In this document: in pieces, positions 37,013-47,668 of the stretch
Numbering within the stretch: position 1 is the first letter of the stretch
How the letters are laid out: each line of letters opens with the position of its first letter
Assembly (NCBI GenBank): GCA_052148155.1
Contig: JBKQIY010000144.1
Location: 547-64,546 of the forward strand
Source: Acidimicrobiia bacterium
GTDB lineage: Bacteria; Actinomycetota; Acidimicrobiia; IMCC26256; PALSA-610
Direction: 5' to 3'
DNA length: 64,000 nucleotides
Notes under the pieces: generated by a model
Told to the model about the DNA's origin: nothing
The model's database searches: none
Seen by the model: the letters and a program-made list of their open reading frames with translations, nothing else
Program-made: the position numbers and the translations under genes

Positions 37013-39040
37013 TTAACCGGCGCGGTCTCGTAACACCGCATCGAGTTGCGTCCGCAACGCAACGGGCGTCGTGACCGGTTCGCGGCACGCGTAACGCTCA
37101 CACACGTACGCGGTTGGGACCTCGCGTGCGGGCCGATCGGCGAGGAGCGGAATCGTCTCGTCGGCGCCGGATGCGACGAGGGTCACTGACGCGGGGACGA
37201 GGCGGCCCACCACCTCGGACCGCAACGCGCGGCTCCGAGGATCGGACGGCTCGCCGACGATGACGATCTCGATCGGTGCGAGAACCTGACGTTCGAGTGC
37301 TCCGAGCAGATAAGCGAATCCGGTCGGGTGCGACGTCATCGGGCCGACGAGCATTTCAAGGATCGCGACGGCGGGCGCCGCGTACCGTTCGTCGCCGGTG
37401 AGCACACTCAGACGGAGCAGGCCGTTGGCGGCCAACGCGTTCGCGGATGGTGTCGCGTTGTCGAAGATGTCCTTCGGCCGTACCACCAGGGGTTCGGCGT
37501 CATGGCCAGTCGTGAAGAAGCCACCGACGTCACGATCGAAGAAGAGGCGCAGCAGATCGTCGGCGACGGCGCGCGCGTCGGCGAGCCAGGCGATGTCGTC
37601 GAGTTCGGTGAGGGTGACCAGCGCCTCCAGCAGCGCGCCGTAGTCTTCTGCGTACGCGAGGTACGGCGCGCGCCATGACCGACGGAAACGACCGTCGGCG
37701 TCGCGCAGCTCGCGCAGCAAGAACGTCGCGTTCGTGCGCGCCGCTGCCATCCAGTCGTCACGATCGAACGCCGCGGCTGCTTCGGCCATCGCGGCGAGGA
37801 ACAGCGAGTTCCAGCCGAGCAACACCTTGTCGTCGCGACTGGGACGGACTCGGCGGGTTCGGCGGGCCAACAGCGCCGGCCGGTGGCGGGCAACCGCGGC
37901 CGGCTCGGGCTCGTCGCGGACAGCGACGTGCAAGATGCTGCCCGCGAAGTTGGTGTGCGGGTCGACGAAATTCGGTGTGGCACTGACGCCGTAGTAGCGC
38001 ATCACTTCGTCGGCGTCGGCGCCGCAGACCTCGCCGATCTCGTCCGGCGACCACAGATAGAACTTGCCTTCGACACCCTCGGAGTCGGCATCTTCCGCCG
38101 CGTAGAAGCCGCCGGCGGGGTCGGCGAGATCGGTCAGCACGTACCCCACGATGTCTTCGACCACTGACCGGTACCGGATGTCACCGGTGACGAGGTAGCC
38201 GTGCGTGTAGGCACGGGTCAACAGTGCGTTGTCGTAGAGCATTTTCTCGAAGTGGGGGACTAACCACCTCTCGTCGGTCGAGTACCGGGCGAAGCCTCCG
38301 CCGAGCTGATCGTGGATCCCGCCTGCGGCCATCGCGTCGAGACTGGTTGTGATCATCTCGCGGATCTCAGCTGCGTCGGTGCGCACGAGCTCACGGCACA
38401 AGAAGGCGATCGTCATTGCCTGCGGAAACTTCGGAGCCCGGCCGAATCCGCCCCATTGGCGATCGAACCCCGCGCCTGTGTTCTGCGCTGCGGCTGCGAG
38501 CGTTCCGGCATCGAGGCCGCCGGATTGGGCGGGGCGTAGGACACGCTCGTCGATCGCATCGGTCAGTTTGGCGGCCTGTCCCTCGACGTCGTCGCGTTGT
38601 TCATTCCATGCTTGCGCGACGACCTCGCACACCTTCGCGAACGCCGGCATGCCGTGACGATCCTGGTCGGGGAAGTAGGTACCTCCGTAGAACGGACGAC
38701 CGTCGGGAGTCAGCCACACCGACATCGGCCACCCGCCTTGGCCGGTGAGCGCCTGCACGGCCTGCATGTACACCGCGTCGACGTCGGGCCGCTCTTCGCG
38801 GTCGACTTTCACGTTCACGAAAAGCCGGTTCATGATCTCGGCCATCGCCGGATCCTCGAACGATTCGTGGGCCATCACGTGACACCAGTGACAAGACGAA
38901 TAGCCGACCGACAAAAAAATGGGTTTGTCTTCGGTGCGCGCCTGTGCGAACGCCTCGTCGCCCCAGGGATACCAGTCGACGGGATTGTCGCGGTGTTGGT
39001 GGAGGTACGGGCTGGTTTCGGCGGCGAGGCGGTTGCTCAT
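37013..39040 (-). CDS. thioredoxin-domain protein (DUF255/YyaL, spermatogenesis-associated-20-like)
   Basis: [22 protein letters not shown]...[23 protein letters not shown] is the hallmark N-terminus, followed by a long (alpha/alpha)6-like C-terminal region. Confidence 0.9.
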   Translation of the reverse strand: MSNRLAAETSPYLHQHRDNPVDWYPWGDEAFAQARTEDKPIFLSVGYSSCHWCHVMAHESFEDPAMAEIMNRLFVNVKVDREERPDVDAVYMQAVQALTGQGGWPMSVWLTPDGRPFYGGTYFPDQDRHGMPAFAKVCEVVAQAWNEQRDDVEGQAAKLTDAIDERVLRPAQSGGLDAGTLAAAAQNTGAGFDRQWGGFGRAPKFPQAMTIAFLCRELVRTDAAEIREMITTSLDAMAAGGIHDQLGGGFARYSTDERWLVPHFEKMLYDNALLTRAYTHGYLVTGDIRYRSVVEDIVGYVLTDLADPAGGFYAAEDADSEGVEGKFYLWSPDEIGEVCGADADEVMRYYGVSATPNFVDPHTNFAGSILHVAVRDEPEPAAVARHRPALLARRTRRVRPSRDDKVLLGWNSLFLAAMAEAAAAFDRDDWMAAARTNATFLLRELRDADGRFRRSWRAPYLAYAEDYGALLEALVTLTELDDIAWLADARAVADDLLRLFFDRDVGGFFTTGHDAEPLVVRPKDIFDNATPSANALAANGLLRLSVLTGDERYAAPAVAILEMLVGPMTSHPTGFAYLLGALERQVLAPIEIVIVGEPSDPRSRALRSEVVGRLVPASVTLVASGADETIPLLADRPAREVPTAYVCERYACREPVTTPVALRTQLDAVLRDRAG

Positions 39041-40656
39041 CGGTTCGGCGAGCCGGACTCGATCGCGGTCGACTTGGCCCAGCGGTAGTCGGGTTTTCCG
39101 GCGGGCGACCGCACGATCGTTTCCACCAGCACGACCTCGCGTGGCAGTTTGTACCGCGCCAGGTGCGCCCGGGCGTGCTCATGGAGCGTTTCGAGGGTGG
39201 GCGCGGTCTCGGCGCGGGGTTGCACGATGGCGACGACACGCTCACCCCAACGTGCGTCGGGCACGCCGACGACCACCGCGTCGATCACCTCAGGGTGGGC
39301 TTTCAATACCGACTCGACCTCTTCGGGGTAGACCTTCTCGCCTCCGCTGTTGATCGAGACCGAACCGCGGCCGAGCAACGTGATCGATCCGTCGGCGTCG
39401 GCGATCGCGTGATCGCCCGGGACAGCCCACCGCACACCGTCGACGACCGGGAAGGTGGCGGCGGTCTTGTCGGGGTCCTTGTAGTAACCCAACGGGATCG
39501 GCCCACGGCGCGCGAGTCGACCGACGACGCCGGGCGGGGCGGGACGAAGATCGTCGCCCAGTACCACCGTGTCGTCGGACACCCGGAACCGCGGCGCGCT
39601 CGGAATGTCGCTGCCTGATACAACCACCGATTGGCCTTGTCCGCCGGTCTCGGACGCGCCGTATCCGTCGACGATGAGCACGCCGGGCAGCCGCTCGACC
39701 AGCTGACGTTTGAGAGCAGGCGAAAGGATCGCACCGCCGGAAAGCAAGACTCGTAGCCCGGAGACGTCGAGCGCGCGGCCGGCTTCGGTGTCGAGCGCGT
39801 CGAGGAGCGGGCGAGCGAACGCGTCGCCGACGATCACCATGAAGTTGGCCTGTTCGTGTTCGACGAGCTCCCACAGTTTCAGCGCGTCGAGTCGATGCTC
39901 GACCGGAATGACGACCGCGCCGCCGTTGAAGAGCGCGCTGAATGCCATCCAGTGCGCGGTTCCGTGCATGAACGGGCAGGCCGGAATGCAGCGGGTGCGT
40001 GCGTCGAGGCACCGCTCGGCGATCTCTTCCGGCGCGGTAATGGGTTTGCCGCCGCCCCCGGCACCGCCCATCGCCCCGAAGAACACGTCTTCGTGGCGCC
40101 ACATGACACCCTTGGGCATCCCGGTGGTGCCGCCGGTGTAGAGGATGTACAGATCGTCGGCGCTCCGGGCTGAGAACGTCCGCTCGGAGCTCGCGGCCGC
40201 CAGCGCCGATTCGTAGTCGATCGCACCGAGGTCAGAGCACGCCGCGTCGGTGCCGTCGTCGACGACGAGGTACGTGTGGAGCTTCGGCAACGACGGGGCG
40301 ATCGTTGCGAGTTTCGGTGCGAACTCGCGGTGGAACACGACCGCGCAGGCGTCGGCATCGTCGAGGAGATAGCGGAGCTCGTCTTCGACGTAGCGGTAGT
40401 TGACGTTGATCGGCACCGCGCGGAGCTTGAACGCGGCCAGCATCACCTCGAGATATTCGATCGAGTTGTACAAGTAGCAAGCGACGTGGTCGCCGGGGCC
40501 CACTCCTCGCTCGGCGAGCGCGTGGGCGAGTTGTGTGGCCCGCGTGTCTTCTTCGGCGAAGGTCAAACGCCGGGCGGCGCACACCATCGCTTCGTGATCG
40601 GGCACGGTGTCGGCGACGCGTTCCCACAGATCGGCGAGGTTGTACTCCATGTCCAA
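39037..40656 (-). CDS. acyl-CoA synthetase / AMP-dependent ligase (FadD-like), paralog of 6498..8102
   Basis: [44 protein letters not shown]...SPAGKPDY. Its stop overlaps the start of the downstream thioredoxin-domain gene 37013..39040 (ATGA). Confidence 0.9.
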   Translation of the reverse strand: MDMEYNLADLWERVADTVPDHEAMVCAARRLTFAEEDTRATQLAHALAERGVGPGDHVACYLYNSIEYLEVMLAAFKLRAVPINVNYRYVEDELRYLLDDADACAVVFHREFAPKLATIAPSLPKLHTYLVVDDGTDAACSDLGAIDYESALAAASSERTFSARSADDLYILYTGGTTGMPKGVMWRHEDVFFGAMGGAGGGGKPITAPEEIAERCLDARTRCIPACPFMHGTAHWMAFSALFNGGAVVIPVEHRLDALKLWELVEHEQANFMVIVGDAFARPLLDALDTEAGRALDVSGLRVLLSGGAILSPALKRQLVERLPGVLIVDGYGASETGGQGQSVVVSGSDIPSAPRFRVSDDTVVLGDDLRPAPPGVVGRLARRGPIPLGYYKDPDKTAATFPVVDGVRWAVPGDHAIADADGSITLLGRGSVSINSGGEKVYPEEVESVLKAHPEVIDAVVVGVPDARWGERVVAIVQPRAETAPTLETLHEHARAHLARYKLPREVVLVETIVRSPAGKPDYRWAKSTAIESGSPNR

Positions 40657-40732
40657 CCTTCCGCGACGGTTCAGGGTCCTGGGCCGGACCGTAGTAGTGG
40701 GACGAGCCGGGCGTCGAACGGGCCGGTGCCCC

Positions 40733-41950
40733 TCAGACGCCGAGACTCGTGAGCGCGGCGTCGACCCGTTTGCCGGCGCGGATCATGAGCTCCTCATGGC
40801 GACCGGACGTGCCCGTGGCGTCGACCGCGTCGGCATCGACCCAAAGTTCGGCCTCCACCGGCGCGAGCCGTTGGCGAACGTCCCCAAGGGCATCCGGGTC
40901 GCGCTCGACGCGATCGCGAAGCCGGGCGAAGCGCTGCCATTGCGCGGGATCGCTCAGCATTGGGGGAACGAGCGGCGGGAAGAACGGAATGAACACACCT
41001 GCGCACGGACTGCCCAGACACGCCCAGGCGCGGGGCGGTGCGTCGACGCGCAATTCGACGACAAACGATGCGGTCGTGGCCTGATCGTTGCGCAGGTGCA
41101 TGCAGACCGTGACGTGACGATCGTCGTCGTGGTGGAATCTCGGAACCGCATTGGCGACACATGCTTGTTCGCGATCAGACGAGCCGGGCGTCCCCCATGG
41201 TCCGTGGCCGTGATCGCGTAGCGTTGCGACGACGTCGCCGACCGTCCCATGGCCGGTCGTCGGGTCGGTGAGGCCGGACGAACGTCGCGCGATGCAGGCA
41301 CGGGTTGCTGCCAGACGATGATCCGCGATCGAGGTTCGGATCGTGCGCGACCGCCACTGGTCGAAGTCGGTTCCGGGCGCGACGTCGGTCGAAGCGACGG
41401 TCCAATCGGCGGCCAGCGAGATCCGATTCGAGATCGCCGATCCATCACCGACCGGCCGTGCGGCCCAGCTTCGAGCGCTCGTTTCGAGCACCCATCCGCC
41501 GTGCGCGTCGGCGATCAAAAACGAAGAGAAATACGGTTCGGTTCGGTGCCGCTCGCCGCTGCCGCCCTGGCCGTGCTCGGCGATCGCTCCGGTCATGACC
41601 GCGAGGGCGTCGTCGGCCGATCGCGCTCGCTCCAGACCGAGTCGCACAAGATCCATCCCGATCAGGCCTGCGGTTTGGATCCGCGGGTCGTCGATCGTCC
41701 AGACCCGTTCGTTGCCTATGGCCACACCATGCTCGTTCACGCCGTGTTCGAGTCCCCACAGCCACGTGGGATGCGAGCCGACCAGCGCGTACGCGCCGCG
41801 GTCGGCGATCTCGAGGTACTGGGTGTGCAGCGTGGCGCCGGCAGGGCGGGCGCGGTGTGCGCACACGACCTGGGACTCTTCGGGCGGACGGTCAGAGTTC
41901 TTGGCGAAAACCATGCTGTCGTTCGTACGCACACAGAGCGTATCGCACAC
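40733..41950 (-). CDS. Ntn-hydrolase, C69 dipeptidase / secernin-like
   Basis: N-terminal MCDT (Cys2 nucleophile position), VFAKNSDRPP, HGVNEHGVAIGNE. Confidence 0.7.
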   Translation of the reverse strand: MCDTLCVRTNDSMVFAKNSDRPPEESQVVCAHRARPAGATLHTQYLEIADRGAYALVGSHPTWLWGLEHGVNEHGVAIGNERVWTIDDPRIQTAGLIGMDLVRLGLERARSADDALAVMTGAIAEHGQGGSGERHRTEPYFSSFLIADAHGGWVLETSARSWAARPVGDGSAISNRISLAADWTVASTDVAPGTDFDQWRSRTIRTSIADHRLAATRACIARRSSGLTDPTTGHGTVGDVVATLRDHGHGPWGTPGSSDREQACVANAVPRFHHDDDRHVTVCMHLRNDQATTASFVVELRVDAPPRAWACLGSPCAGVFIPFFPPLVPPMLSDPAQWQRFARLRDRVERDPDALGDVRQRLAPVEAELWVDADAVDATGTSGRHEELMIRAGKRVDAALTSLGV

Positions 41951-42000
41951 GGGCCACGGTCCCAGCTACGCGATGCGGGCGGATCGCGTGTTCCGTTCGG

Positions 42001-42348
42001 TCAGCGGAACCAGATGCGCTGGTAGTCGCGACTCATCGGGTGCAACAACAATCCGACGAGCGCACCGAAGAAGATGAGATCGATCAACCCGCCGAGATCG
42101 GTGAGCGTCGCCATGCCCAGATATCTGAACAGCACCAGCACCTGGACGATCGAACCTCCGACGGCGAGCGAGTAGCCCCACTTTTTCTCGTTCGCGATCC
42201 CGTAGGCGCCGCCGGCGAGCACGAATCCGATCAGCGTCAGGCCCGCGAGTCCGCCGAGGAGGTTGAAGAGGACGTCGATGTAACACAGGATCACCGCCAT
42301 GTAGAGAGTCTGCGGCTGTGACCGGTTGAGGAAGCGGCGCTCGTTCAC
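42001..42348 (-). CDS. small integral membrane protein
   Basis: ORF 42001..42666 trimmed to GTG 42348, which overlaps the rlmN stop (GTGA); ATG 42300 is an alternative. Three hydrophobic segments (LYMAVILCYIDVLFNLLGGLAGLTLIGFVLAGGAY..., YSLAVGGSIVQVLVLF, LIDLIFFGALVGLLL). Confidence 0.55.
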   Translation of the reverse strand: MNERRFLNRSQPQTLYMAVILCYIDVLFNLLGGLAGLTLIGFVLAGGAYGIANEKKWGYSLAVGGSIVQVLVLFRYLGMATLTDLGGLIDLIFFGALVGLLLHPMSRDYQRIWFR

Positions 42349-43424
42349 AGCACCATTCTTGCGGATCTGGCACCGATCTCGGCACCGGGGCCAGTTTTGG
42401 TGGCTCCGACCGCTTCCCGAGCCCGGAGTTGACCGCAGGCAGCGTCGATGTCGACCCCCCGATTGTGACGCACAGTGACCATGACTCCGGCGGCGGCGAG
42501 GTGAGCCGCGAAGCGGTTGATCCGGTCCCGGTCCGGCGGACGGCCGGCGAAGGCACCGGTCGGATTCAGCGGGATCAGGTTCACGTGGGTGCCGCCTCGC
42601 AGGCCCTGGAGCCGGCGGGCGAGCAGATCGGCCTGGGCGGGGTCGTCGTTGACGCCTGCGATGCACGCGTACTCGAACGTCACCCGCCGACCTTTGATCG
42701 CCGCGTAGGCCCGGGCGGCGTCGATCACGGCGGCGATCGGATACCGGTGGTTGAGCGGAACCAGCGTTTCGCGCAGCGTGTCGTCGGGCGCGTGGAGCGA
42801 CACCGCGAGCGTGACCGGCAGTGCGTGTTGCGCGAGGCGGTGCATGCCGGGCACGACACCGACGGTCGAGACGGTGAGGTGACGGGCCGACAGGCCCAGA
42901 TCGTCGTGCAACCGTTCGAGTGCCGCACAGACCGGTTCGATATTCGCCAGCGGCTCACCCATTCCCATGAACACGACGTGGGATACCCGCTGCGACGTCG
43001 TGTGCTGCGCCCGAACGACCTGTTCGACGATCTCGGCGGCGTCGAGGTGTCGTTCGAAGCCGCCCTGGCCGGTCGCACAGAACGTGCACCCCATGGCGCA
43101 ACCCGCTTGGGACGACACGCACACCGTGGCCCGTTGCGCGCTGAGCATCAACACGGTTTCGACCTGGGCACCGTCGTGGGTTCGCCACAGCCACTTGGTC
43201 GTCGCGGCGTCGCGGCTGGTCTGGGTGATCACCGGCGCGAGCGCGAGTGGGAGCGCGACGTCGAGTTGGCGACGCAACGTCTTCGGCAGTGTCGTGAGCG
43301 CATCGAGCGGAGTCCGCTGCGTCCACAGACCGTCGTAGAGCTGTCCGACCCGATAGGGCGCGGCGCCGTTGGCGGCGACGATCGCCGCGAGCTGTTCTCG
43401 TGACGCGCCGTAGCGGGTGGTCAT
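42345..43424 (-). CDS. rlmN: 23S rRNA/tRNA (adenine-C2)-methyltransferase RlmN (radical SAM)
   Basis: ORF 42345..44291 trimmed to ATG 43424 (MTTRYGASREQL...YRVGQLY). Radical-SAM CAMGCTFCATG, then GMGEPL, and C-terminal DIDAACGQL. Confidence 0.9.
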   Translation of the reverse strand: MTTRYGASREQLAAIVAANGAAPYRVGQLYDGLWTQRTPLDALTTLPKTLRRQLDVALPLALAPVITQTSRDAATTKWLWRTHDGAQVETVLMLSAQRATVCVSSQAGCAMGCTFCATGQGGFERHLDAAEIVEQVVRAQHTTSQRVSHVVFMGMGEPLANIEPVCAALERLHDDLGLSARHLTVSTVGVVPGMHRLAQHALPVTLAVSLHAPDDTLRETLVPLNHRYPIAAVIDAARAYAAIKGRRVTFEYACIAGVNDDPAQADLLARRLQGLRGGTHVNLIPLNPTGAFAGRPPDRDRINRFAAHLAAAGVMVTVRHNRGVDIDAACGQLRAREAVGATKTGPGAEIGARSARMVL

Positions 43425-44338
43425 GACCCCTCGATCTCGTCGTCGTAGGCGCGGTCGGTGCGATGCACCGAGAAGCCTAAAGACCGGTACAGCGACAGCG
43501 CGCTCGTGTTCGCAGCCGCACAGAAGAGCATCGCTTCGACCGCGCCCCGTTCGTGTACTGCGTGCAGTCCGGCGAGCGCCAACGCCCGACCGAGCCCCGT
43601 ACCTTGGGTTCGGGGATCGACGCCGATCACGTAGATCTCCCCGAGCTGCGGATCTGGGGGACGGGCCGGGTGCTGTTTCAACCAGTTGAAGCCGGCCATC
43701 CCGAGCGCGTCGAACGCGACGAGAAACAGTGCAGGGTCGAACCACGGTTCGGCCATCCGGCCCTGCAGGGTCGCGTCGGCCCAGCCGCCCTGATCGGCAT
43801 GTTCGGCGAACGCTCGGTTGTTGACGGCGAGCCAGTCGGCTTCGTCGCGGCCGGCGACGAAGCTCCGCACTTCGATGCCGGCCGGCCATCGGACCGGCTC
43901 CGACACGGGTAGCGGCGCGCGCATCTCGAACAATGTGCGGGTCGTTCGGAACCCGGCCCCGGCGAACGTCGAGTCGTCGGCGTCGGTCGCGCCCAGCACC
44001 CAGCACGTGAGTGTGCCCCCGCCGTGGTCGGCGACGTGTGCGGCCGCGGCGGTGACCAGCATCGTGGTGACGGAACGGTTTCGCATCTCGGGAAGGCGAA
44101 CGAGCCCCGCCGTCCAGGCCGACCTGGCCCCGTCGGCGCGCGTCAGATGCAGGTACGCACTCGCGTTCGCGACGAAACCGACCGAATCGGCACCAGGGTG
44201 CGCGAGGTCGCGCCACATGGCGTCGCCCAGCGAACTGTGCCCGTCGACTGCTCGCGCTGCCGCGTCGAGCGCGGCGACGGAGTCGCGCCACGTTGCGAAA
44301 TCCGAAGGATCGACGCGGGTCAGCGCCTCGGTCGTCAC
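43421..44338 (-). CDS. mshD: mycothiol synthase (tandem-GNAT acetyltransferase)
   Basis: ORF 43421..44530 trimmed to GTG 44338. Two GNAT halves. C-terminal GEIYVIGVDPRTQGTGLGRALALAGL...LFCAAANTSALSLYRSLGF resembles MshD. Its stop overlaps the rlmN start (ATGA). Confidence 0.75.
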   Translation of the reverse strand: MTTEALTRVDPSDFATWRDSVAALDAAARAVDGHSSLGDAMWRDLAHPGADSVGFVANASAYLHLTRADGARSAWTAGLVRLPEMRNRSVTTMLVTAAAAHVADHGGGTLTCWVLGATDADDSTFAGAGFRTTRTLFEMRAPLPVSEPVRWPAGIEVRSFVAGRDEADWLAVNNRAFAEHADQGGWADATLQGRMAEPWFDPALFLVAFDALGMAGFNWLKQHPARPPDPQLGEIYVIGVDPRTQGTGLGRALALAGLHAVHERGAVEAMLFCAAANTSALSLYRSLGFSVHRTDRAYDDEIEGS

Positions 44339-44361
44339 CGCCCCGAGGGTACTCTGCGTCG

Positions 44362-45006
44362 GTGGCCGGTCCCCGAGGTGCGAGGGCGCGCGCGGCCGCG
44401 GTTGTCGAGACGTTGGCTGAGCTCTATCCCGACGCGCGCTGCGCTCTGACGCACGACAACGCATACCAGCTGCTCGTCGCGACGATCCTTTCGGCGCAGT
44501 GCACTGACCAGCGGGTGAACATGGTGACACCCGCGCTGTTCGCCAAGTATCCGGGCCCGGCCGAGCTCGCCGTCGCGGATCCCGAAACCCTCGAGGAGTT
44601 GGTACGTTCGACCGGGTTTTTCCGATCGAAAGCGAAGAACCTCATCGGCATGGCGCAAGCCGTGATCGCTCGTTTCGACGGCGAGATCCCGACCGAGCTC
44701 GACGACTTCGTGACCCTTCCCGGCGTCGGCCGCAAGACCGCCAACGTCGTCCGTTCGGTGTGGTACGGGCTGGCGGGACTGCCGGTGGATACCCACGTCA
44801 CGCGTCTGTCACACCGGCTGCGTCTCACCGCGCACGACGATCCGGTGAAGATCGAATCCGACCTCGGTGCGATGGTTCCACCGGCGGCGTGGGGGATGTT
44901 GTCGCTGCGGCTCATCGAACACGGACGCCAGGTCTGCGACGCCCGCACACCACGCTGCGATGGGTGTGGTCTCGCGGCTATCTGCCCGTCGGCGGGCCGG
45001 GTGTAG
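44362..45006 (+). CDS. nth: endonuclease III
   Basis: ORF 44293..45006; GTG 44362 chosen to avoid overlapping the divergent mshD. YQLLVATILSAQCTD, HhH-GPD LPGVGRKTANVV, Fe-S cluster CDARTPRCDGCGLAAIC. Confidence 0.85.
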   Translation: MAGPRGARARAAAVVETLAELYPDARCALTHDNAYQLLVATILSAQCTDQRVNMVTPALFAKYPGPAELAVADPETLEELVRSTGFFRSKAKNLIGMAQAVIARFDGEIPTELDDFVTLPGVGRKTANVVRSVWYGLAGLPVDTHVTRLSHRLRLTAHDDPVKIESDLGAMVPPAAWGMLSLRLIEHGRQVCDARTPRCDGCGLAAICPSAGRV

Positions 45007-45210
45007 TCAGGACGTCTCGAGATACCCGCGGGCGCGATCCAAGGAGCGGCTCGCGCCGAAGACGCCACGCTCGGCGCCGTACAGTTCAGCCGCGACAGCC
45101 GAGTCGGGCGTCGCGCCGTAACGCTCGGCCATCTCGGTGATCCGATTGGCGATGTCTTCGAGTTGGGCGCCGATGCTCGACAAGAGGGCGAGGTCGCTGC
45201 TGGTGCTCAC
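45007..45210 (-). CDS. small hypothetical protein (67 aa)
   Basis: ORF fills exactly the gap between nth and the hisD leader. Helical, acidic composition (LEDIANRITEMAERYG). No family recognised. Confidence 0.4.
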   Translation of the reverse strand: MSTSSDLALLSSIGAQLEDIANRITEMAERYGATPDSAVAAELYGAERGVFGASRSLDRARGYLETS

Positions 45211-45296
45211 CGATGCAGCATGGCACGCGACCCGCGACCGACACCCGAATTCGTCTGCCGCCGCGAACGGCCGGCCGGTACGATGAGCGGCTCCCT

Positions 45297-46574
45297 ATGC
45301 TGGCCCGAGTCGATCTCCGCGGTTGTTCCGACGTGCGCGGCGCGCTCGCGCGGCGGCCGGGAGCCGGAGTCGATGTGGGAGGGCCCGTCGCGGCGATCAT
45401 CGCCGACGTACGAGAGCATGGAGATCGTGCCGTTCGTACATATACGGAACGGTTCGACGGCTGCCGGCTCGACGAGCTCGCGGTCGCCGGTTCGGAGATG
45501 GACGGGGCGCTCGACCGTGTGGATCGCCGTCTGCGCGCCGCGCTGGAAATGGCACGCGATCAGATCGTGGCATGGCACGAGGTCCAGGCCGGCTGCGAGA
45601 TCGAGCACGTCCGTTCGGGTGTTCGGATCCGGGAGCTGGCCGTCCCGGTCGAACGGGCCGGCTGCTATGTGCCCGGCGGTCGGGCCCCGCTCGCATCGTC
45701 GGTGCTGATGACGGCATTGCCGGCCCGGGTCGCTGGCGTCGAACACGTCGCGCTCTGTTCGCCGCCCGGTGTCGACGGCACCGTGCCCGACGCGATCCTG
45801 GCGGCCGCGGCGCTCGCCGAAGTCGCGGTGGTCTACCGCGTCGGTGGCGCGCAGGCGATCGCGGCCCTGGCGTACGGGACCGAGACGATCGACGCGGTGG
45901 ATGTCATCGTCGGGCCCGGCAATGCGTACGTCGCGGAAGCGAAACGTCAGGTCGCAGCGGATGTCGGCATCGACGGCTACGCCGGACCGTCCGAAGTCGC
46001 GGTGGTGGCCGACACGACGGTGGGAGCGACGCTCGTCGCGGCTGATCTGCTCGCCCAGGCCGAACACGGTCCGGGCGGGGCATCGGCGCTGATCACCTGG
46101 TCCGACGCGGTCGGCGTTGCCGTCGAACGTGAGCTCGAACGGTTGTTGGCGGGGACGCAGCATGCGGCGGAGACCGAAGCGGCACTCCGCGCCGGTGGGC
46201 GGCTGATCCTGGTGGATGGACGCGATCAGGCGTTGGCTGCCGTCAACCTGATCGCCCCCGAACATCTCGAGCTGCTGTGCGCAGACCCGGAGGCGCTGGT
46301 ACCGCTCGTCCGCAACGCGGGCGCGGTGTTCGTCGGTGCCGACACGTCGGCGGTGATCGGTGATTACGTCGCGGGCGTGAACCATGTCCTTCCGACGGGC
46401 GGGACCGCGCGTTTTGCCGATGCGTTGCGCGTCGACGACTTCCGCAAGCACGTACATGTTGTGTCGCTCGAACCGGGCGCATTGCATGCGTTGGCTCCGT
46501 TCGTGACGACGTTGGCCGAAGCTGAAGGGCTTCACGCGCATGCCGCCGCCATCCGACTCCGGGAACCGTCATGA
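45297..46574 (+). CDS. hisD: histidinol dehydrogenase
   Basis: ORF 45213..46574 trimmed to ATG 45297. GRAPLASSVLM, GPGNAYVAEAKR, AQAEHGP, GDYVAGVNHVLPT. Confidence 0.92.
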   Translation: MLARVDLRGCSDVRGALARRPGAGVDVGGPVAAIIADVREHGDRAVRTYTERFDGCRLDELAVAGSEMDGALDRVDRRLRAALEMARDQIVAWHEVQAGCEIEHVRSGVRIRELAVPVERAGCYVPGGRAPLASSVLMTALPARVAGVEHVALCSPPGVDGTVPDAILAAAALAEVAVVYRVGGAQAIAALAYGTETIDAVDVIVGPGNAYVAEAKRQVAADVGIDGYAGPSEVAVVADTTVGATLVAADLLAQAEHGPGGASALITWSDAVGVAVERELERLLAGTQHAAETEAALRAGGRLILVDGRDQALAAVNLIAPEHLELLCADPEALVPLVRNAGAVFVGADTSAVIGDYVAGVNHVLPTGGTARFADALRVDDFRKHVHVVSLEPGALHALAPFVTTLAEAEGLHAHAAAIRLREPS

Positions 46575-47668
46575 GCTCGGCGACCGGTGACCGTGTGCAG
46601 CCACGCGATGACCTGCGGGCACTCGCGGGATATCACTCACCGCAAGTCGACGTTGCAGTTCGGCTCAATACCAACGAAAGCCCGTACGCGCCGCCGCCGG
46701 GATTCGTCGCGCGCTACGTCGCCGCCCTGCAAGACGTCGCCTGGCATCGGTATCCCGATCGCACCGCGGGGGACCTTCGCGCTGCGCTCGGCGCATTTTT
46801 GGGTCAACCGGCCGAGCGGCTGCTGTGCGCGAACGGCAGCAACGAAGTGTTACAGACGTTGTTGCTCACGTACGGAGGTTTCGGCCGTCGCGCGGTCGTG
46901 TTCGAACCGACGTACGCGTTGCACGCGCAGATCGCGCGGACGACGGCAACCGACGTCGCGATCGGGGAGCGAGGACCGGATTACAGCATCGACGTCGACG
47001 CCGCCGCCGGGCTGCTCCGCTCGGCACGGCCGTCGGTGGTGTTCGTGTGCAGTCCGAACAATCCGACCGGAACTGTCGAAGCACGCGAGACCGTCGAGCA
47101 ACTCTTGTCGATTGCATCCGACATCGGTGCACTCCTCGTCGTCGACGAGGCGTACGGCGAGTTCGCACCTTGGAGCGCGCTCGAGCTTGTCGGCGACGAC
47201 CGTCCGCTCATCGTGGTGCGCACCTATTCGAAGGTGTGGTCACTGGCTGCGGTACGGCTCGGTTTCGCGGTCGCGCCGACATGGGTGATCGCCGAGCTCG
47301 ACAAAGTCCTGCTGCCGTACACGCTTTCGGTCCCCACCCAGGTCGCGGGCATCGTCGCGCTCGACTTCCGTCGCGAGATGGAAGAACGGATCGCGTCGCT
47401 GGTCGAAGAGCGCGGTCGGTTGTTCGCAGGTCTGGCCGACATGGCCGGTCTGACTCCCGTGCCGTCCGGTGCCAACTTCGTGCTGATCAGCGTCGACGGC
47501 GATGCGCACGAGTTATGGGTGCGCTTGCTCGAACGCGGGGTCCTCGTACGCGATTTCTCGTCGTGGCCGCGCGTCGAAGGATGTCTACGGGTGACGGTCG
47601 GCACGCCCGCCGAAAACGACGTATTTCTGGCCGCGCTCCGCGCGGCGTTGCCGGAGGTGGTCGGGTGA
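46571..47668 (+). CDS. hisC: histidinol-phosphate aminotransferase
   Basis: ATGA overlap with hisD. LNTNESPY, CSPNNPTG, RTYSKVWSLAAVRLGF (PLP-lysine region). Confidence 0.9.
   Translation: MSSATGDRVQPRDDLRALAGYHSPQVDVAVRLNTNESPYAPPPGFVARYVAALQDVAWHRYPDRTAGDLRAALGAFLGQPAERLLCANGSNEVLQTLLLTYGGFGRRAVVFEPTYALHAQIARTTATDVAIGERGPDYSIDVDAAAGLLRSARPSVVFVCSPNNPTGTVEARETVEQLLSIASDIGALLVVDEAYGEFAPWSALELVGDDRPLIVVRTYSKVWSLAAVRLGFAVAPTWVIAELDKVLLPYTLSVPTQVAGIVALDFRREMEERIASLVEERGRLFAGLADMAGLTPVPSGANFVLISVDGDAHELWVRLLERGVLVRDFSSWPRVEGCLRVTVGTPAENDVFLAALRAALPEVVG

Noticed and set aside
42345-44291. Very long N-terminal extensions of real genes in the ORF track (rlmN as 648 aa; also 936..2549, 5275..6300, 17384..18346, 22712..24043, 46825..48252, 48409..49605, 51390..53843, 56294..58453).
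   Set aside because: The extensions run through the upstream gene in another frame and have non-protein-like composition. Internal starts that give family-typical N-termini, RBS-like sequences or 4-nt overlaps were used instead.
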